A stretch of 64,000 bases of DNA from an uncultured Verrucomicrobiae bacterium (GTDB lineage: Bacteria > Chlamydiota > Chlamydiia > Chlamydiales > Rhabdochlamydiaceae). The notes under the pieces are model-generated. The model made no database searches. It saw only the letters and a list, made by a program, of their open reading frames with translations, and was not told the origin of the DNA. Positions 57,741-64,000 of the stretch are shown piece by piece (position 1 is the stretch's first letter; every line of letters starts with the position of its first letter). Position numbers and translations under genes: made by a program. Where the stretch lies: the NCBI GenBank assembly GCA_963806855.1, contig CAWDYW010000001.1, positions 640,001 through 704,000 on the forward strand, written 5' to 3'.

Positions 57741-60187
57741 TAGAGTTCTTGCTCGAGGTAGGTGATTTCATAGGACTGCAGGAGGTCTCCCTCTTGGAAG
57801 TCGTTAAAGCCATTCAGCAGGATACCGCATTCCATTCCTTTGGTCACTTCACGCACATCTTCTTTGACTTTTTTGAGTGAGGCAACGGTCCCTTTCCAAA
57901 TCGGCGTTTTGGCGCGGATGACGCGCATATGGTGATTGCGCTTGATGATGCCATCTATGACCATGCAACCGGCGATTCGGCCGAGATGTGAGGACTTGAA
58001 GACGGCGCGCACTTCGGCCATGCCCATATCGTTTTCTTGGGCGATCTTATCGAGTTTTTGCCGCATCAGTTCTTTCACTTCGTCGACGGCGTGGTAGATG
58101 ATGTTGTGCAGTTTGACGATCACTTTTTTGGCTTTGATCAGTCCGTCGGCGTGGCTCTCGACTTTGGTGTGGAAGCCGAGGATCACAGCGTTGGAGGCAG
58201 CAGCAAGGTTAACGTCTGACTCGGAAATTTGGCCTACTTCGAATGAGACGATATTGAGCTCTGCTTTGTCCGATTTGATTTTTTGCAGGGATTGTTTCAG
58301 CGCTTCGACCGATCCTTGGACGTCGGCTCGGATCATGACGTTGAGGACTTTCTTCTCTTGAGCGGCCGCTTTCGATTCGAGGAATCCTTCGAGGCCTCGT
58401 TTGCCTTTTTGTGCTAGTTTGCCTTTGTGCTCTTCTAGGCGGGCGTTTGCAATCGATCGGGCTTCCCGCTCACTTTCGACGGCGATAAACTCGCTGCCGG
58501 CTTCAGGAAGTTCAGAAAGGCCGGTGATTTTGACCGGGGTAGAGGGGCCAGCCTCAGTGAGCTCTTTGCCATGCTCGTCGTGCATGGTTTTCACTTTGGC
58601 ATAGCTCAGGTCGAAGACGAGCGGATCGCCCACTCTCAAGGTCCCGTTTTGGACGAGGAGGGTAGCGACGGCGCCAAGGCCTTTATGCATTTCCGATTCG
58701 ATGACAGAACCGCGGGCACGGGCGTTGGTACTCGCTTTGAGTTCGAGCACTTCAGATTGGAGGGAGAGCATTTCGAGCAGCTCTTTAATCCCTGCGCCTG
58801 TTGTGGCAGAGCAATTGACGGTGATGGTTGTACCGCCCCAAGCTTCTGGGAGTAGCTCGTGTTCGGAGAGCTGTCGATAGACGTTGCTGGCATCGAAGTT
58901 GGGTTTATCGCTTTTGTTGATGGCGACCAAGATGGGGACGCCAGCCTCTTTGGCTTTATTCATCGCTTCGATGGTCTGGTCGCGCATCCCTTCGTCTCCG
59001 GCGATGACTAGGACGACGAGGTCGGTGACGATAGCGCCCCGCTCGCGCATTGAGGAGAAGGCTTCGTGACCAGGGGTATCTAAAATGGTGATGTCGCCCA
59101 CAGCAGAGTGGCACTTGAAGGCGCCGATATGCTGGGTGATGGCTCCCGCTTCGCCGGCGGCGAGATCGCTTTTGCGGATGGCGTCGATTAAGCTCGTTTT
59201 TCCATGGTCCACGTGGCCCATAAAGGTGATTACAGGGGGCCGGAGCTGGAGGTCAGAAGAGTCGCTCGCAGAGATCTCTTCTTTAATCGTTTTGTCAGTG
59301 ATTTTAATCCGTTTTTCTTCGGTTGTATCGATGCTGATTTCGCAGCCAAATTCATGCCCGAGTAGTTGGATAGTGGTTTCGTCGTCGAGGAAATCGTTAA
59401 TGGTGACAGCGATCCCTTGCAAAAAGAGTTTGGAGATCAATTGGCGAGGCTTTCACTTTCATCTCGACAGCGAGATCTTTAACCGAAATGGGGAGCCGGA
59501 CGGCGAGGACTTTGGACGGATGGTCAGCTCTTCGCGGCTATCTGCGCCCATTTTCTTCAGTTTCTTCTTGCGCCAACGGTCATCGTCGGAGTCGCGCAGA
59601 CCCATTCGATCGCGGGCGTCGAAGGCGCTCTTTTGTGATGGTTTGCGCTGCGAGCGTACATCGCGGTAATCTTTGAATGAGCCGGGTTTGCGCCCTTTTT
59701 TTCTTCTTCGGCTTTTGGGGCTCCTTCTATTTTAGCTTCCCCTTTTGCGGCGGGCTTTAGAGGAGCTCCCTTTTTTCTCTTCGGGTTTAGCGTCTTGACG
59801 GCTGACGGGGAGTTTTTTTACTGGCGGCGGCGGTGCTGTTTTGCGGATGATTTTCGGTTTGCGGAAATCATCGACGATGACTGTTCTTCTAGGTGGGGGA
59901 GGCGGGACTTCTTCTTCTTCTTCTTCTTTTACTGGTGCAGGAGCAGGAGGAGGGATCTCTTTTACAATTTCAACGACCGGTTTTTCAGGGTGAGCTGGAG
60001 GGAGAGGAGGGACCGGCTCGAGGATAGGAGCTGGCGCCGGCTCTGGAGCTTTCATTTCTACCGGTTTTTTAGGGACAGCAGCTTTCTTTTCAGCCGCGGC
60101 ATCTTCCTTTTTTTGCTTGAGTTTACCCAGCTGCATTGCTTCTGCAAGCTGGGTATTTTTTATGTTGAATTTTATGTTTTTGGCCAA
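57740..60187 (-). CDS. infB: Translation initiation factor IF-2 (frameshifts in 5' part)
   Basis: [25 protein letters not shown] and DVQGS motifs. Confidence 0.95.
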
Positions 60188-60190
60188 AGC

Positions 60191-61467
60191 CTATAACCTC
60201 TTAAGTCTAACTTCCTCTAAAATTCGATCGGCCATCTGTGGGCTAATCCCGGGGATTTTAGACAATTCTGTTGAGCTAGCATTGAGCACCTTTTTCGGGG
60301 TGTCGTAGCCAGCAGCTATTAAGCATTCCACGATCAGGGAGCTCATCTCCGGGATTTTGAGCGGCTCATCCAATGCGGGGTCATCCACCAGAGCAAGCTG
60401 AGCTCGTTGGAAATTCATGTTGGCTTGGTATTCGCTCATCCGCTGTACGTTGAGCTGGATGCCAACAAGTTGCCCACAAAGGCGGGTGTTCATGCCCCGT
60501 TTGCCGAGCACAATTGGATAGCTCTCATCTTCTACGACAATGCCAATTGTCGACTCGTCTTCGCTGACGCTGATTTTCTTGATCTCAATCGGCGCTAAGG
60601 CATTTTGCAAGCAGCTGAACTCGGATCTTCGGTGAAGGGGATGATGTCGATTTTTTCGTTGTTGAGTTCGCGAATGATATTTTTGACACGTGTTCCGCGG
60701 ACGCCGACGCAGGCGCCAACAGGATCGACTTTAGGATCTTGAGACGGACAGCGAGTTTCGTGCGGTAGCCAGCATCGCGCACGATTTTTTCGATGGTAAC
60801 CGTGCCATCGTCGAGTTCAGGAACTTCTTGCATAGAAAAGCTGCGCGACAAACTCGGGATGGCTGCGGGAAAGAATCACTTCAGCTCCGCCGTTTTCTGT
60901 GTCGCGCACTTCATAGAGGAGTGCTTGGACACGTTCGCCGACGTTGTATTTTTCGTTTTTGGATAAAAGCGGTCTGGCAGGATCGCTTCTACTTTGCCGA
61001 GATCGACGATGAGGGTGGCTCCACGGACGATCCGTTTGACGGTGCCTGAAATCAGTCTCGTTGATGCGGTGGCGATATTCTTCATAGATCACATCGCGTT
61101 CTGCACCGCGCAGTTTTTGCGCGATGACTTGCCGTGCGGTTTGCGCGGCAATGCGGCCAAAATCTTGAGGGGTGACGGCGATATCGATCCAATGGCCGAG
61201 TTCGCAATTCGGATTGAGCTCACGTGCCTCTTCGAGAAGAGATCTCTTCTTCAGGGATCGTCACTTTATCAACGACTTCTTTTTGAGCGAATGACATCGA
61301 TGTTGCCCGTTTTAGAATTGATGTGGACGCGAAACGTTGATGAGTCCTTTAATGCTTTTGCGCGCGGCGGCGCGGAGCGACTCTTCAATAGCGGCGATAA
61401 TGATATCGCGCTTGATGCCTTTTTCTCGTTCGAGGTATTCGAAGATGGCAACTAGATCTTTATTCAT
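60191..61467 (-). CDS. nusA: Transcription factor NusA (frameshifts)
   Basis: [41 protein letters not shown] and LGKRGMN motifs. Confidence 0.93.
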
Positions 61468-63214
61468 CGTCTTTTTCTTCTCCCGCCTCAGCGTCTTCTT
61501 CTTTTTTCTTCTTGCTTCTTGGCTTTGCTCCAACGACGATATCATCGCGATTGACGTATTGGTCGCAACCAAGTATTCTTTGATCGAAAGAGCGATTTTC
61601 TTGTGCTCCGGGTCGAGTTTGATCACTTTCGCTGTGATTTCGTCTCCTTTCTTAACCACATCTTCTACTTTTCCAAAAGGTTGATCAGAGAGTTCTGTGA
61701 CGTGGATCAGGGCTTCAATGCCATTGTCGAGCTCGACAAACGCGCCGAAGGCGGTGATTTTGGTGACAATCCCTTTGACAAAGAGCCGACCGGCATTGTT
61801 TTTTCGATTGTCTCCCATGGATTGGAGCTCAGTTGTTTCACGCCGAGAGTGATTTTTTTGCTTTCTTTGTCGACAGAGAGGACACAGCTTCGACCTTATC
61901 TCCTTTTTTCAGCACTTCAGAAGGATGGGAGACTTTTTTGATCCAGCTAAGATCGGAAATGTGGATCAGTCCATCAATGCCTGGCTCGAGCTCGACAAAG
62001 GCGCCATAGTTGGTCAGGTTGCGGATTTCCGCTGTAACGCTGCTGCCGACTGGGATATTTCTTTTCGACATCTTCCCATGGATTTTTCTCCAGTTTGCTT
62101 GAGTGCCAAGAGAAATTTTTCCTTCTTCTTTTTGCACGGAGAGGACGATCGCTTCGACTTCATCGCCTTTCTTGACGATTTCGCTAGGATCGGTGACATT
62201 TTTGATCCAAGACATTTCAGAGACGTGGATCAGGCCTTCGATGCCTGGTTCGATTTCAATAAAGGCTCCATAAGGAACGAGGTTGACGATTTTGCCCTTA
62301 ACGTGTGTTCCTGGAGGATAGCGCTTTTCGATTTCTTCCCAAGGATTGGATTCTTTTTGCTTCATGCCGAGAGCGACGCGCCCTTTCTCTTTATCGACAT
62401 GGAGGATCATCACTTCGAGTTCTTGGCCGAGATGGACCATTTCAGAAGGGTGTTTGATCCGTTTCCATGTCATGTCGGTGATGTGCAGAAGTCCATCGAT
62501 GCCATCGAGGTCGAGGAAGACGCCGAAGTCGGTGATATTTTTGACGACAGCCTGTGCGGACATCGCCTTCATGGATGTTTTCAAGCAGTTCCGCTTTCGT
62601 GAAATGCGCTCTTCTTCGAGAAGCTCGCGGCGGGAAACGACGATGTTTTTGCGTTCAGTATTGATTTTAAGAATTTTGAAGTCGTAGGTTTGGCCGAGAT
62701 ACTCATCGAGATTTTTGATGCGCTTGTTGTCGATTTGCGAGCCGGGGAGGAATGCTTCCATGCCGATATCGACCATCAGGCCGCCTTTGACTTTGCGGAT
62801 GACTTTACCTTTGACGATCGAGCCTTCTTTGCAATGATTGACAATGTATTCCCACTGACGTTGACGGCGCGCTTTTTCGCGCGAAAGGACGATCTGGCCA
62901 TCTTCGCCTTCAGCTTGATCGAGGAAGACTTCGACTTCGTTACCGAGAGATAAGTTCGATGGATCTGCAAATTCGTCGATAGGCACAAGACCTTCAGATT
63001 TCAAGCCGACATCGACAACAACGAAATCTTTCGTGATTTCAACGATGTGGCCCTTCAGAATTTGGCCGACTGTCATCGTCGCGAGTGTGCCCTCTTCAGG
63101 GGCTTCATCTTTTGTTCCGAGTAGTTTGCGAAACTCCTTGGCGTCTTTTTCATCAAAATCAATATCGTCTATGACTTTGCTTTGATCCCAATCGTGTGTC
63201 AAAGTGTCTTTCAT
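61460..63214 (-). CDS. rpsA: 30S ribosomal protein S1 (frameshifts)
   Basis: Repeated S1 domains: [34 protein letters not shown]. Confidence 0.95.
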
Positions 63215-63399
63215 GTTTAAAGGTTCTCCTAAAAAATAATTCCAAAAAAAAATTCATTGCCGAAGCAGGCATATATCCCACTCCTTGGCCAATGAATTCT
63301 TCCATGTGCCAAATGTAATGTCGTGAATTGTAGCAAAGGGGGTTAAAATAAATCAAGTCTAGACCAAATAAGGGAGAAAGACTATAAGCCGATTTTTAA

Positions 63400-64000
63400 A
63401 AGAGGGGAGGGAGTCTTATCTATAGCGAACTCATCAATCATATTTTGGCCCACCATCCCGGTGACCGCCCATCTTTGCACTGGTCACCCGAGTCGGGGAG
63501 TGCTTTGTCCATTTCTTTGGTTTGCCATTCTCGAAAAAATGTGAGCCTATTTTTTTATACGATGATCAGCCGATGGCTCATCCCAGGCAAGAACCTAGAC
63601 ATTTCTCAAATTTTTTCTACTCAGTTTAAGGAGCATACTATCTCACAGCTCGTCGTCCAGTTGGATAGTCCCCAGGATCTCGAATGTGCCAAACGGAACC
63701 TCCCTTTTTTAGAGAAGGAGATCTTAATCGGGGCCCGGTCGATTTACCATGCACGCAAGATCCTCGAAATGAAGGGGTTAACCATCGATGACAAAACGGC
63801 GCTGGTGCAGGAAAAGATTGCCGCCTTGGTTCGCCGGTTCCCTAAGGTGTTCGACTACGACATTTTCAGTGAAATGCAACACTTTCTTGTCTCTACGAAA
63901 GGGGTCTTCAAGTCGGAGCATCAACCCTCCGATATCAGCCGGATCATTTTTACCCTATATCGTTTCCGCAAGGAGATTGAACAAAGGGAAATGGGGAGGC
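63400..64000 (+). CDS. Hypothetical protein, partial (runs off the window)
   Basis: Stop-free frame from ~63400 to the end (..VSLFFYTMISRWLIPGKNLDI..); start not resolved. Confidence 0.6.

Noticed and set aside
59400..62700. Multiple frameshifts in infB, nusA and rpsA (also prs, hldD, clpB, sctV, sctU) as pseudogenisation or programmed frameshifting
   Set aside because: These genes are essential or core, their motifs are otherwise intact, and the indels cluster in patches. This is typical of low-coverage long-read consensus error; read polishing would settle it.

Overview
This window comes from an environmental member of the phylum Chlamydiae. The fused glyQS and the sctU-sctV / copN-scc1-malQ type III secretion (T3SS) block point to this; a Simkania/Rhabdochlamydia-like placement is only a guess. 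The housekeeping backbone is dnaG, glyQS, pgsA, glgA, tRNA-Gln-prs-rplY-pth-rpsF-rpsR-rplI-ispE, hldD-hldE, htpX, map-truA, rpmB, clpB, msrA, malQ, ychF and ribF-truB-rbfA-infB-nusA-rpsA. Many essential genes carry small frameshifts that are most likely consensus errors. Accessory material is interleaved throughout, and five items stand out. (1) At least five 137-173 bp whole-length hairpin elements with different IS-like ends and a partly shared apical motif. Two copies show arm-to-arm compensatory changes, and one has inserted at a TA into a GNAT gene. (2) A diverged tandem duplication of the sctV 3' end and copN 5' end, whose two sctV-copN intervals carry different cargo behind the same palindromic promoter region. 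(3) A pentatricopeptide-repeat (PPR) protein, an F-box-like protein and other AT-rich orphan effector candidates. (4) A kinase-first HipA-like module with a HipS-HTH fusion and three 18-bp operators at a 27-bp period. (5) Several other toxin-antitoxin (TA) and Fic modules. All calls come from reading the sequence and recalled motifs; no database search was run.
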